64,000 nt of DNA from Felis catus (GCF_018350175.1 NC_058368.1:148554001-148618000), one strand, 5' to 3'; shown: positions 13,801-27,255, numbered from the stretch's first letter. Notes: generated by a model not told the origin, from the letters alone. Numbers and translations: made by a program.

Positions 13801-14335
13801 AGCCATACTCCAAAATGTACATTTAAAAAAATTAAAGAAAGAAACCACAGGCTAACTTCATGTGTAAATCACAGTGACCAGTTGATAATATATAGGCATT
13901 AATAAATTGTCTTTAGAAACGAGTTTATTAGTCAACACAGACTAAAGTTTGGAAACTTAAAGTGAATACTTTAAAGTGAAACTTATCTATTTCAGGTTAG
14001 AAGCCAATTAATAACAAAGTCATTACATGTCATTAAAACTACAGACTTATGAATAACTGGCTAATGGAATTAACCCAGTTACTTGGCCTCTCTCATTTTG
14101 AATCTATACATTTAGACATTAAAGAAATAAAGATTTTCTTTTACTTCTAAACTTTCAGTGGGTGAGCTTTTTGATTATAAAATTATAGGTCCAGAGTAAA
14201 TTCTCCAGAACAATTAAAATAATTGACACATTAGTCAGATGTTTTAAATATAAAGATGCAAATATAAACATTATCAAATTATAGTAAAAAAGAAAATAGA
14301 AAAAATTTTTAAAAAACATTTTTAAGGGAGTAGAA

Positions 14336-14338
<3 letters not shown>

Positions 14339-14380
<42 letters not shown>
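14339..14380. repeat. (TA)n microsatellite
   Basis: Directly visible. Confidence 0.95.
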
Positions 14381-14382
<2 letters not shown>

Positions 14383-15299
14383 TCTAAGTAGTTTCTTGGA
14401 TATTTTCTAAGCAAAAATAACACAGTCTATTAGTAAAACCTGAACTATAAAGAAATTCCAGCGTTAATATATAAGCATTTTAAATAAATCACCTGTTATT
14501 TTGAAATAAATACTTATATAGAATGATTGTGGTATTTATTTATGAAAAAATGTTTTGATGTTTATTACCAATGTAAGGAACACATTTTTAAAAGTAATCA
14601 CACACACACACACACACACACACACACCATATATATACATACATATATATCCCATTAGACCATATATACCCGTGGTGGTCTTCTGGGATAAATGACTATT
14701 AGAGCAGAAAGCTAAGAGGGCTCTGGTGGTTTTTAGGTTCCCACACTTTTGCAAACTCATGCAGAAGATATTGTGTGAGGAATTGTAAGTGTCTTTCCAA
14801 TTGGTATGATATTGTTGAACACAGTGAAAGCACTAAAATAAATATAACCAGATAAAAATTTTATCCAACCAGTAACTGTTAAGAAGCTCACTTCCTTACA
14901 AATTCTTAGTGGGATTATAAAGAACACCAGTGAAATAAAATGAAGGCAATTTCATTGATCTAGGATACATTAACTGTTTATACAATGTTCAAATCAATGC
15001 CATCATCAGACTGTGTAGCAAAGATTTCCAATTAAATACAGAATAAATGAAAGTAGGTAGTTCTTGCTGAAATAATTACTATTTTTTCTTAACAAATCTA
15101 ATTCTCTGGGTCATAGGTAAGACAAAGTCCTGTCACTCTAAATATTTGAGTAGATCTAATGATTAAGTAAGAAATAAAATGCGGACACATTTAATTATGG
15201 AAAAGAAAATTTCCTTTTTTTGGTAATGAAGCACAGTATGTATTTACGTCTAAGTCTGCCCTGATTTGTCTGGTAGATTCCTCATTTTTTTCTGAGCTG

Positions 15300-16472
15300 G
15301 TGATAACCACTGATCTTCTGAGGGTTCTCACTGAGGAATAAATGAAACAAAGGACAACACCTCTGTCTAATTTTCATCTACAATTTTGTACGGTCCTCAT
15401 ATGTATTGACTTTGTGATAAGCTAAGGTAAAGCAGTTGTAATTGAAATGGACTCTCTGTGTATGCCAATCTCTGAACCTAGAACATAAGTTCTGATCCAG
15501 TTTAACCCATTTTTCCAGTTGGGTTAATTGGAGAAATTAAATGAGGACTGGGGAAAAACCTGGAAAATAGTGAGACTCACTGGCTACAGGTTACATGTTT
15601 AATTCAAATAGTTGAACATTGGTAGACAAGGAACTGTGTGTTTTCAAAGAAAGAGGGCCCTTTTGTAAATGTGTGAGGAAATTCAGGGAGTGGAAAGTAT
15701 GAGTGCATCCATCAATCATAGGATTTCTTCCTCTGAGAGGCATCTGCTAGTATAGGGAGAGAAAAAGGGTAAGAGATAAGCTTTGTAGCCGAACACAAAA
15801 TAGAATCCTGGAGATAGTCTAAATAGCAGGTGGATGCAGCTACTCTGAACAATTTAATTAGCACTTGATTAGGGCAAATATGGAATTTATAAAAGGATAT
15901 TTGATCCTTTGCCTGATGAAATAAACAATGTTTTAATATTTAAGGAAATGGTATTGGTCCAGTCTTGTGCCAGTCCTTAAGTATATTGTAGTCTAATGTG
16001 GTCCCAAATTCAGGAACAGAATTAATCCCCCACACCTAGATGTAAACAGCTTTCAGTGACCCCCTTAATTGCAGAATAAAAACAGCCCACCTCAGTCAAC
16101 TCTCTGCCCAAACTTCTGCATCTAAAAATGTCAGTGAACTGGGCAGTGGAGTGTTAGTATGGATGGTGTAAATATCTTCAGAACTTGATGCTCTCATTGG
16201 TCTTGCTGGAAAGTATTTAAGAAAGTTCTCTGAAATTACCTTAGGAATGAACACACTAGGAAATTAGCAAATGATACTAGTTTACAACTTCAGCTTAGAA
16301 CCTTATAGAGAGATACTGTGGTACCTAATTTGGGATAATAAAAAGCATATGCAGTCATAGGAAAGATGATTGTATCTTGTTGGGAGAAATCATAAAATAG
16401 TTTTGTTCTTGTTTACAAATTCAAATATAAGCAAATGGGAGGTAAGGATGCTAAGTAATCAAAAAGGTGGAC
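15300..16472 (+). mobile_element. Degraded ERVL-class internal region (HERV16/ERV3-16A3-like, integrase to 3' end)
   Basis: Ends in PPT-like 'aaaaaggtggac' directly before an LTR; weak integrase-like stretches; 5' boundary uncertain. Confidence 0.5.
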
Positions 16473-16920
16473 TATGCCAGTTACTAAATATTTTATTTTA
16501 GCTGTAAACTACCCTTTACATTCTGTTTTGTGAGGCTGGGAAGAGATAAAACAAACTCCATTTCTTCTTTGGCACCTGGTTCCCTATTAGGCTTTGACAA
16601 AGGTGGAAAAGAGGGAGACAGGCTGTTGGGAGAAAAAAGAAAGGGATGTGCTCCTTTTTTGTTGTTTCCTATTTCTGTTTTCCTTCCTGGACCGGTTAGC
16701 TTCACCACAGCAGCATTTCCTCACCTAAAAACATGATTTTGTTTGGCCCCCAAACAGAAATTTAATCCCTTTTGCAGTTTTTTCTAACAATCCCAGAACC
16801 AGCCTTATCATGTCTCCCTCAGAAATTTCAGGACTAACTATCTGGTTTGTACCCCCCAATACATAAATGTATGACCATCACCTCTACAAAGCCCTTAATT
16901 CTGATTTCATTATTACACCA
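16473..16920 (+). mobile_element. ERVL LTR, LTR33-like
   Basis: 'tatgccagttactaaat...agctgtaaactacccttt...ttttgtgaggctggg...ggcacctggttccctattaggctttg' resembles LTR33; follows the PPT. Confidence 0.65.
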
Positions 16921-16976
16921 ATTTTGGGATCTGTCACAAAACTGATGTTTAATAAGTTACTTTAATAAGTTGAATA

Positions 16977-17172
16977 GGGGCGCCTGGGTGGCTCAGTAGG
17001 GTAAGCATCCCACTCTTGATTCTGGCTCAGGTTATGACTTCATCATTTGTGAGATGGAGTACTTCTACTGTCAGTACAGATTCTGCTTGGGATTCTCTCT
17101 CTCCCTCTTTCTCTGCCCCTCCCTCACTCATGTGCTTGCTTGCTCTCTCTCTTCAAATAAATTAACATAAAA
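16977..17172 (+). mobile_element. CAN-SINE
   Basis: ggggcgcctgggtggctcag head; TSD aataagttgaata / aataagtttaata. Confidence 0.95.
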
Positions 17173-17193
17173 AATAAGTTTAATAAATTAGCC

Positions 17194-17552
17194 TGCTACA
17201 GTCTCATGAATGCTAGAAGACATGAGACTCCTGAATCAGAAACAAAAGAAATTTTGATATCTAGAGTAATGGCAATAGAATATTGGAATTTGTACCATTT
17301 CCCTGAGTCCCCATTCCCACAGGGATGTATGAAAAACATGCTGGGTCATAAGAGAGAAACCCCAAAATTTGAGAACCTGAACATTCCATAACAAGCTGTA
17401 AGAAAACATGCCCACTTTGCTTCAAAGGTAGACATTCTTTTTCTTAAACTTGACAGGAAATAAACTTGTCCTCTGAACTGAAGGACAACACTCTCTCTTG
17501 TTTGCAAGATGCGCAGACATGCACAAAATTTTTGGGTGATCATCTCTCAACA
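17194..17552 (-). mobile_element. 3' LTR (MER54/MER74/LTR53-like ERVL LTR)
   Basis: TG...CA termini; 'gaagacatgagactcctgaatcagaaacaaaag' resembles that LTR group; purine tract gaaatgaatggtgaatat (17553-17570, minus) abuts it. Confidence 0.7.
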
Positions 17553-17664
17553 ATATTCACCATTCATTTCTACAGAATTCTGGCCTCTTGATAGTTTTCC
17601 CCAATATTATACCACTTTATTTGCCACTGTGACTAATTTGATAGAAAAAGAGTTGACAACATTC

Positions 17665-19620
17665 AATCATTTTGCCTCATACAGAATTTGACTACAGCTA
17701 CTACCAACAGAACTCTAAAAAGCAAAAAGAAGCTTGTTCACTTCAACTATGCTAGGTTTTCCAGGCTCAAACCACTAAACAAATTCTAAAAACCCATAGG
17801 GTCTAACTTTGAAAGTCAAATGCCTTTCTCCAAGGTTCTGTACTTGGTATGAAGCATTAAAACAGGTATCAGAAGAAGAAAACCAAAGCAGGAGGCATCA
17901 CAATCCCAGACTTTAGCCTCTACTACAAAGCTGTCATCATCAAGACAGCATGGTATTGGCACAAAAACAGACACATAGACCAATGGAATAGAATAGAAAC
18001 CCCAGAACTAGACCCACAAAAGTATTGCCAACTAATCTTTGACAAAGCAGGAAAGAATATCCAATGGAAAAAAGACAGTCTCTTTAACAAATGGTGCTGG
18101 GAGAACTGGACAGCAACATGCAGAAGAATGAAACTAGACCACTTTCCTATACCATTCACAAAAGTAAACTCAAAATGGATAAAGGACCTGAATGTGAGAC
18201 AGGAAACCATCAAAACCCTAGAGGAGAAAGCAGGAAAAGACCTCTCTGACCTCAGCCGTAGCAATTTCTTACTCCACACATCCCCAAGGGCAAGGGAATT
18301 AAAAGCAAAAATGAACTATTGGGACCTCATGAAGATAAAAAGCTTCTACACAGCAAAGGAAACAATCAACAAAACTAAAAGGCAACCAACGGAATGGGAA
18401 AAGATATTTGCAAATGACATATCGGACAAAAGGGTAGTATCCAAAATCTATAAAGAGCTCACCAAACTCCACACCCTAAAAACAAATAACCCAGTGAAGA
18501 AATGGGCAGAAAACATGAATAGACACTTCTCTAAAGAAGATATCCAGATGGCCAACAGGCACATGAAAAGATGCTCAACGTTGCTCCTCATCAGGGAAAT
18601 ATAAATCAAAACCACACTCAGATATCACCTCACTCCAGTCACAGTGACTAAAATGAACAAATCAGGAGACTATAGATGCTGGAGAGGATGTGGAGAAATG
18701 GGAACCCTCTTGCACTGCTGGTGGGAATGCAAACTGGTGCAGCCGCTCTGGAAAACAGTGTGAAGGTTCCTCAAAAAATTAAAAGTAGATCTACCCTATG
18801 ACCCAGCAATAGCACTGCTAGGAATTTACCCAAGGGATACAGGAGTACTTATGCATAGGAGCACTTGTACCCCAATGTTTATAGCAGCACTCTCAACAAT
18901 AGCCAAATTGTGGAAAGAGCCTAAATGTCCAGCAACTGATGGATGGATAAAGAAATTGTGGTTTATATACACAATGGAATACTACTTGGCAATGAGGAAG
19001 AATGAAATCTGGCCCTTTGTAGCAACATGGATGGAACTGGAGAGTGTTATGGTAAGTGAAATAGTCAGGCAAAGAAACACAGATACCATATGTTTTCACT
19101 CTTATGTGGATCCTGAGAAACTTAACAGAAGTCTATGGGGGAGGGGAAGAAAAAAAAAAGAGGTTAGAGAGGGAGAGAGCCAAAGCATAAGAGACTCTTA
19201 AAAACTGAGAACAAACTGAGGGTTGATGGGGGGTGGGAGGGAGGGAAAGATGGGTGATGGGTATTGAGGAGGGGACTTTTTGGGATGAGCACTGGGTATT
19301 GTATGGAAACTAATTTGACAATAAATTTCATGTTAAAAAAAACAGGTAAAACAGGATAATTAGCAATTGCAGCAAGGAGAAAATCTAAGGGAAATCTATC
19401 ACACAAAACAACCTTGACAAATGAGGGAGATTGACCTGAATGTTTTCTAGGGTTGAGGTTGTATCATTGGTCATTTCAGCTAAAATTAGGGAAAACTTTC
19501 TCCTGACAATTTCTAATTAGGGAACTCCCATTTTAGGGAGCATTGTCCACAGGTATGCATAAATAATGATTTCCTTTGCGAAGTTTTCCTGAGTAATCAA
19601 GGATAGTTTCTTTGGGGAGA
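17665..19620 (-). pseudogene. env: Retroviral env transmembrane subunit (gamma-type), decayed and split by L1 at 17869-19338
   Basis: Hand translation with frameshifts: KMGVP*LEIVRRKFSLILAEMTNDTTSTLENIQVNL / VVLCDRFPLDFLLA / AIAN.SCFTCFNAS / EKGI*LSKLDPMGF*NLFS...SFFLLFRVLLVVAVVKFCMRQ. Confidence 0.8.
17869..19338 (+). mobile_element. 5'-truncated feliform L1 (~1.5 kb)
   Basis: ORF2 C-terminus and 3'UTR; perfect TSD aaaacaggta at 17859-17868 / 19339-19348. Confidence 0.96.
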
Positions 19621-20103
19621 TTTTATTAGAGACTACATAATCTATGGTATATATATTACCTTAAATATTCCAATGCTTCTATGACTACCACTAAGATATG
19701 AGTCATGGTATAACTCAGGAGAGAGCCAAATTAATGACCAGTTTCCAATATAAGAAATACAATACCGGGAAATCCATGGCACTCTGGAAAGAAAGTGTTA
19801 TATGCAATTGAGGGGTCCACTAAAAAGAACTTACAGCATTTGGGATGTAGGTAGATAAGGCATCTAAAAGGCTTCTGGTACATCTCATTGACCTTAAATT
19901 CCCTAGTTCAACTAACATAATTTAGCCCTTTATTTTGGAGGTTCTGTCGTATTTTTCCATATGACCAAATGGGGAGCATTTGTCCATAATATGAAATGAT
20001 GAAATAATAGCTATGAAAATATAAATAGGGAGCCTCCATAGCAATGATGAGTGTTAGGCCTAGAATGTTCAGAAATTAGAATCTGATAAACTTGGTAAGG
20101 TTA

Positions 20104-20324
20104 GGGGCGGCTGGGTGGCTCAGTCAGTTAAGCGTCCGACTTCAGCTCAGGTCATGATCTCATGGTTTGTGAGTTCAAGCCCCGCGTCACGCTCTGTGCT
20201 GACAGCTCAGAGACTGACTGCTTCAGGTTCCGTGTCTCCCTCTCTCTCTGCCCCTCCCCTGCTCACATTCTGTCTCTCTCTGTCTCTCAATAATAAATAA
20301 ACATTAAAAAAATAAAAAAAAAAA
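20104..20324 (+). mobile_element. CAN-SINE
   Basis: Canonical head, CT tract, A tail. Confidence 0.95.
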
Positions 20325-20361
20325 CCTAACTTCTTAGTAAGATTAGAGGGAGTGGTAACCA

Positions 20362-20527
20362 GGGGTTCCTGGGTGGCTCAGTCAGTTAAGCATCTGACTT
20401 CAGCTCACGTCATGATCTCATAGTTGGTGAGTTTGAGTCCCGCCTCAGGCTCTGTGCTCTCCCTCTCCCTCCTTCCCTCCCCCACTCACACTCTGTCTCT
20501 CAAAACTGAATAAACATTAAAAAAAAT
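20362..20527 (+). mobile_element. CAN-SINE with internal deletion
   Basis: Head and tail present, middle missing; TSD gggagtggtaacca / gggaatggtgacca. Confidence 0.93.
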
Positions 20528-21379
20528 TGGGGGAATGGTGACCAAATCTTAATCAGAACTACGTGACAGGATGAAAAATCCAGCAGTCATTTAAATTTAA
20601 GGTATTTATAACAGTTTGTGAGAGCATTAACAGTGTATTTTTCTTTGGAAAGAATACTCTTGGGATGGTTCTAAAAACCAAAGATCATTAATACCCCACC
20701 CTCTTCCATACTTCCCAGATTTAACCCAGCACTGTTTTGCTATCTGTAAACTTAAACAAATTGTAAATACATTTCAGTAGCTACAATTTAGTCTTTTTTT
20801 TTTTTTTTGTCTCAATCATTCCCTGCCCTTACCCAGATCTTTCATCTGAAAGAGTCATATGCAAAAGGGACAAGGAAATATTTACAAACAAGCTTATAAA
20901 GATATGTTGTGGCATCAACATTGGCACAAGGACTGAAAGGAGTCTACAAAAAAAAAAAAAAGGATTATTATACCTGTAAGCTACAACTATGTCAATCTAG
21001 CAAGAATACCTGGGAGAATGACCCAGAATTAACTGAATCCCTTGGGACTTTTTTTTTTTTTTTTTTTTGACCAGTCTGGAGCAAGTAGTAACCAGGCCAT
21101 CCTGGAATTGCTAATAGAGAAAAGAATAAAACATCATGACTGGGGACAGTCAAGGTGAAATCCTGAATTTTTAAAATTGGTCTACATAACCTCCTATATA
21201 TATTATCCTCATCATTACACAAAAGCAGACAAGACAGGATAACCCTTTCTGGGACCAGGATATTAAATGACCGCACATTCATATATGATTAAATATTTGA
21301 TTCAAGAGGAGGTATAAAAGTGGTTCATGTGCCTAATAACATTAGTTTGCCATCAGTAGAAGGCAATATCAGAGGTGTA

Positions 21380-21900
21380 GTCTCAATGACCACCTTGATT
21401 TAATTTGGCCTCTTCACAGAATGAGTCCTTACCATGGGCATATACAAAATTATTCAGATAATTTGATGAGCATCCAAAAATTCTACACTTCATGTCCGCA
21501 GTGACTTTAATTGGTAGACTTCAGTTTACCATGTGGCAGACCAAACTACTAAGTCATTGGCAAGATCCCAAGAATCAGAAAACATAACAAGGTTTACCAA
21601 ATAAAGAATTGACCAGAGTTCTAATGACCACCTTGAGCTCTTCCCACTCAGCAGAAATTGTCTTTGGATGTGGTAGCCAGTCCTGAATTTGAACAACTAC
21701 AGAAGCACATTAGAAACCACCGTGTTTTATCATAAGGGGAAATTGTGAACCATGAATTTCATTGAGCCAGTGACTTGACTTCACATGGCAGAACAGGGAA
21801 CAGATTTTTCTCCAAACAGACAGCTGCCATTTTTTGTATAATCTCACAATGCTGTTGAGGCCAGCCCAACTTCATTTTTGAATATCGCCACCATTTCTGG
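21380..21900 (-). pseudogene. pol: Class III (ERVL-type) pol: tether and RNase H remnant
   Basis: SAEWEELKVVIRTLVNSLFGKPCYVF / DSWDLANDLVVWSATW* (21526-21655), similar to ERVL SAQWAEL...YTDSWAVANGLA.WS..W. Confidence 0.8.
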
Positions 21901-21989
21901 TGACCTCCTTGGAAAATCAGAAATAATTTTAAGCCTGTGGTTATTCATCAGTAAGTATTCAAGAAATATATGTTTGCAATGAATTTCTA

Positions 21990-23330
21990 GTGTTTGTAGG
22001 TCTTTTAAAGCACAACAAAAAATCTAATAACCACAAAGTAAAGCTGTTGGAGTATGTGAGAGTAATTGACAAAATTTCTATAAATTATAACATAAAAACC
22101 ACATAAATAAACATTATACATTTCTACTTTATTATTCTAATATAAAAATTCCTCTTACAAAGTCAATATGAAGTAGAAGTCAGCAGAAGAAAAATGGGAA
22201 AAAATGTAGAAATGTCTAACTTCAAAACATGCAAAACTCACTAGAACTAGAATGAAACCAAATACAAATATTCCCATAGAGTCATGTAAGGTCAGTGGAT
22301 ATTCACTGTCTCCCAGAATGTTGGCAAATGTATAACTGGGGACAACAGTAGTATAAGCATAAATTGATTTGATTTTGGGGGAGGTTAGTTTTGCACTATG
22401 AACCAAGATTTTAAGAACAGCAGTATGTATCTACATAATTCATCTTTCAGAGATGTACTATATTTTGCAAATGTCAAGTGAAAAATGATTTGGGCACAAG
22501 AATGTTTATCAAAAACTTATCAGAGTATAGAGTGGGAAATAAATATCCATCAACAGGGAGTTTTTCTTATATTATGGTGGAGCTTTACAATGGCATACAT
22601 TTTGTAAACAAAGAGATACTGTATGCATTTTAAATTGTTAATATAGAACTCTAATATTTGGTAGGAGAAAATAATCACAATATGCCACATGTAAGAATGT
22701 GATAATGCAATATGGCTAGAGGCTTATGAGAAAATAAAGAGCAAACACTTAAGTCACAATTATATATGAGACTCAAAGTCCACAAAATAATAAAACATTT
22801 AATGTTTTCCCATTTTCTTCAATAACCTTTTAGAAATAGTTATGTATGATCTGTATATTATTCAAGAATTTATAAATAGACTACAAATAATTGCACTCTG
22901 GGGTTCCTGGGTGGCTCAGTTGGTTAAGTGTCCGACTTCGGCTCAGGTCACGATCTCACGGTCTGTGAGTTCAAGCCCCACGTCGGGCTCTGTGCTGACA
23001 GCTCAGAGCCTGGAGCCTGCTTCAGATTCTGTGTCTCCCTCTCTCTCTTCCCCTCCCCCACTCACACACTCTGTCTCTCCTTCAAAAATAAATAAACATT
23101 AAAAAAAATTCAAATAGTTGCACTCAGATTGTATAATTCTATGTATGCATGTATCTATCATCTGTCTATATATCTATGTATTTATCTATGTGTGCACGCA
23201 AAACAATAGAAAGAATCCATGAAAGTCTTAAAGATGATGTCTATGGATAGTAGGATGGTTTATGTTGTGCAATTCTCCCCTTAATTGTTAATGTTGAGCA
23301 TATAGGTTTATAATCAGAAGTAAAAAATAA
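21990..23330 (+). mobile_element. Very old L1 3' region (L1ME-like), degraded
   Basis: Remnants such as 'caagaatgtttatc', 'aaatatccatcaacaggg' and an A-rich 3'UTR. Confidence 0.5.
22900..23111 (+). mobile_element. CAN-SINE
   Basis: TSD aaataattgcactc / aaatagttgcactc. Confidence 0.96.
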
Positions 23331-26300
23331 TTTTTAAAAGTAATTTATTCTCATAATTTAAAGTTAGTCCATTTCAAGATTTTTATACTTTAGTAATCCT
23401 CTAAACATTGTTCATTAGCAGGTAAAATAGGTTAAAATGTAATCATTACATGTGACAGATATTCTTATATGAATTGACTAGTCAAAAATATTTTCATAGG
23501 ACACAGAACTGTGGGCACAGCACTATTACAGGTGCTATGATTATTCCAAAGGAATGTAACTTGTTATTTCTGTCATGGAATATTCTACAAGTTAAACAGG
23601 AATTCAAGACAATTATGCATACTCATATAACATACTGAATGGAGAGTTAATTACAAAATGTGTGGTACAAGTTTGCACAGTGCAGAAGAGCCCCAGCTGG
23701 CTTCAGTCTCTGTAACAGTGGCACAACCCCTGTGGAAGAGGACTAGCATGCAAAACACGCAGGGACTATGTACACACCCATGCATGATATCCAGAGCTCC
23801 CAGTCACCCAGGTCTTGGCAGTGGAGGCATGTTCCCCAGGAAGAGGACCCACATCACTTTACTAAAAATGGGACCCCACCAATTACTTTCACTAGCAAGA
23901 GACATGGCTGACTTTGCTAACACACAGAAACAGACACAGAGAGTTAAACAAAATGAGGAGACAGAAGAATATGTGCCAAATGAAAGAAAGGGACAAAACC
24001 ACAGCAAGGGACCTAAGCAAAACAAATATAAGTAATATGCCTAATAAAGAATTTAAAGTAATTACCATAAAGGTACTCAGTGGACTTGAGAAAAGAGTGG
24101 TAGACATCAGTAAGATCCTTAACAAAGAAATAAAAAAGAACCAATCATTGCTGAATAACACAATAAATGAAATTTAAAATACACTAGATGGAATAAATTG
24201 CAAGTAGAGGAAGCAGAAGAATAAATTAATGACTTGGAAGACAGAGTAATGTAAAGTAATCAAGCTGAACAGGTGAGAGAAAAATAACAATGCAAAATGA
24301 GAATAGACTTAAGGAACTCAGTAACTCCATTAAACATAATAACGTCAGTATTATATTATTCCCAGAAAAAGAGAGAGAAAAAGGGGTAGAAACTTTATTG
24401 AAGAAATAGTAGCTGAAAACTTCCTGAATCTGGAGAAGGAAACAAATTATCCAGATCCAGTAGGTACAGAGATTCCCCCAACAAAATCAACCCAAGGAGG
24501 ACCACACTAAGACCCATAGTAATTAAAATGGCAAAAAGTAGTGATAAAGAGAGAATTTTAACAGCAGAGGGAACAAAGGAAGGCAGTTATATACAATGGA
24601 AACATCATAAGGCTATCAGCAATTTTTTCAGCAGAAACTGCAGACAAGAAGTGAGTGGCATGATATAGTCAAGTTGCTGAAAGTAAAAAAAAAAAAAAAG
24701 CCTTCAGCCAAGAATACTCTATTCAGAAAGATGTCATTCATAATATAAAGAGAGATAAAGAGTTTTCCAGACAAATAAAAGTTAAAGGAGTCCATGACCA
24801 CTAAACCAGCCATACCAGAAATGTTAATGGGGACTCTGAGTAGAAAAGAAGAACAATAAGTAAGTAAGAAAGCAGGAAACAAAAAAGCAATAAAAATAAG
24901 TGTATCTGTAAAAACCACTCAAGGGACTTGCAAAATAAAAGGATGTAAATTATGACACTATATAACTAAAAACTTGTGGTGGAGGAGTAAAGAATGGGTT
25001 CAAACAAAAGTGACCAACACTTAATATTAACTGCTGTATGCAGAAGATGTTATGTATAAACTTAATGGTAACCACAAATAAAAAATGAGTAAAAGAGATA
25101 AACATAAAGAGAAAATAATCAGGTATATCACTAAAGAGCCAGAAAAATGTGAGATAATAGAGTGCAAGAAGAAAGGGTCAGAGAAGAATTACAGAAGCAG
25201 CAAGATAACAAGTAACAAATGGCAATAAATACATACCTATCAATAATAGCTTTGAATGTAAATGGAGTAAACACTCCAATCAAAAGATCCAGTGATAGAA
25301 TGGTTAAAAATAAAGCAAGACCTATCTATATGCTCCTTACCAGAGATCATTTTAGACCTAAAGACACATGCAGATTGAATGTGAGGGGATGGAAAAATAT
25401 TTATCGTGCAAATGGATGCCAAAAGAAAGCCAGGGTAGCAATACTTATATTGGACAAAACAGACTTTAAAACAAAGACGGTAACAAAGAAAAACACTATA
25501 TAATCATGAAGGGACAATCCAACAAGAAGACATCGCAATAGTAAATATTTATGGACCTAATTTGGAACACCCAAATACATAAAACAGTTAATAGTAAACA
25601 TAAAGGAACTAATTGATAGTAATACAGAAATTGTAGGGGACTTTATATTCCATATACATCAATAGATAGATGAACCAAACAGAAAATCCACAAGGAAACA
25701 GTGGTTTTGAATGGCACACTTGACCAGATGGCTTTAGCAGATATACTCAGAAATTACGTTCTAAAACAGAAGAATACACATTATTCTCAAGTGTACGTGG
25801 AATATTCACCAGAAGAGATCACATAAGAAAGTGAAATCGATCACAAAACAAGTCTCAACAAATTAAAAAGATAGAAGTCATAGCATGCATCTTTTCTGAC
25901 ATGCTATGAAAACTAGAAATCAAGAAGAAAAATTCTGGAAAGAACACTAATGTATGCTTAGAGAACATGATATTGAACAATAAATGGGTCAACCTTGAAA
26001 TCAAAGAAGACATAAAAAATTACATGAGAAAGATGAAAATGAAAACACAGTATCTAAAATCTTTGGGATGCAGCAAAAGCAGTTCTAAGAGAGAAGTTTT
26101 TAGCAATACAGGCCTACTTCAAGATGCAAACAAAAAACTCAAATAAACAACCTAATTTCACACCTAAAGGGCTTAGTAAAAGAACAAACAAAACCTAAAA
26201 CAAGTAGAAAGAAGGAAATAATAAAGATTGCAGCAGAAATAAATGATATACAAACTAAAAAATAATAGAACAGATCAATGAAAGCAGGAGCTGGTTCATT

Positions 26301-26355
26301 GAAAAGATCAACAAAACTGATAGGACTCTAGCCAGACTTATAAAAAGAGTGAGAG

Positions 26356-26359
<4 letters not shown>

Positions 26360-26405
<46 letters not shown>
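26360..26405. repeat. (GA)n microsatellite
   Basis: Directly visible. Confidence 0.95.
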
Positions 26406-26409
<4 letters not shown>

Positions 26410-26880
26410 CAAATAAAATCACAAATGAAAGAGAAGTAAAAACAAAATCACAGAAATACAAACAAGTGTAAGAGAATATTCTTAAAAGTTATATGCTAAC
26501 AAACTGGACAACCTAGAAGAAATGCATAAATTCCTAGAAAAATATAACATAAAAACTGGAGTAGAAAGAACTAGAAAATTTGAACAGACATTACCAGCAA
26601 TAAAATTTAATCTGTAACCAAAAATCTACCAGGAAACAAAAATCCAGGACCAGATGGCTTCAGAGCACAGAACAAAAAATCCCAAATATTCAAAAGAATC
26701 TAGAAAAAGAAAAAAACAAAACCGGACCTATTACAGTTCTAGACTTCAAGTTATGTTACAAAGGTTTAGTAATCCAAATAGTATAGTACTAGCTCACATA
26801 GATCAATGGAACAGAATAGAAAGCCCAGAAGTAAACTCACAATTATATGATCCACAAAAAAGGCAAGAATATGCAGTGGG

Positions 26881-27038
26881 AAGAGCACCTGCGTGGCTCA
26901 GTCAGTTAAGTGTCTGACTTTGGCTCAGGTCATTATTTCAGTTCAAGCCCTGCATTGGGTTCACTGCTGTCAGCCCATCATTGCAGAGCCCAGTCTGGAT
27001 CCTATGTTCCCCCCTCTCTCTGACCCTCACCCACTTGT

Positions 27039-27092
<54 letters not shown>

Positions 27093-27104
27093 AAAAAAAA
27101 AAAA
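26881..27104 (+). mobile_element. CAN-SINE nested in L1
   Basis: Head, long (CT)n, poly-A. Confidence 0.92.
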
Positions 27105-27255
27105 GTAAATAGAACATGAAAAAAATAATATACAGTAGAAGAAGTCTCTTCAACAAATACTGTTGGGAAACTGGACAGCAACATTCAAAAGAAGGAAACT
27201 GGACCACTTTCTTACAGGATACACAAAAATAAACTCCAAATGAATTAAGGACTTA

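Larger units (their letters stand above)
17194..21930 (-). mobile_element. Ancient 5'-truncated provirus: partial pol, env, PPT, 3' LTR; interrupted by one L1 and two SINEs
   Basis: Collinear minus-strand order: tether/RNase H, env TM, PPT, TG...CA LTR. Confidence 0.8.

Noticed and set aside
17700..17830. Stops at probable Trp codons in env, suggesting APOBEC3 hypermutation
   Set aside because: Only about three sites in a very old element; ordinary transitions explain them
17665..19620. Possible domesticated syncytin-like env gene
   Set aside because: Multiple stops and frameshifts, partial loss of CX6CC, no clear furin site, and an L1 insertion in the TM
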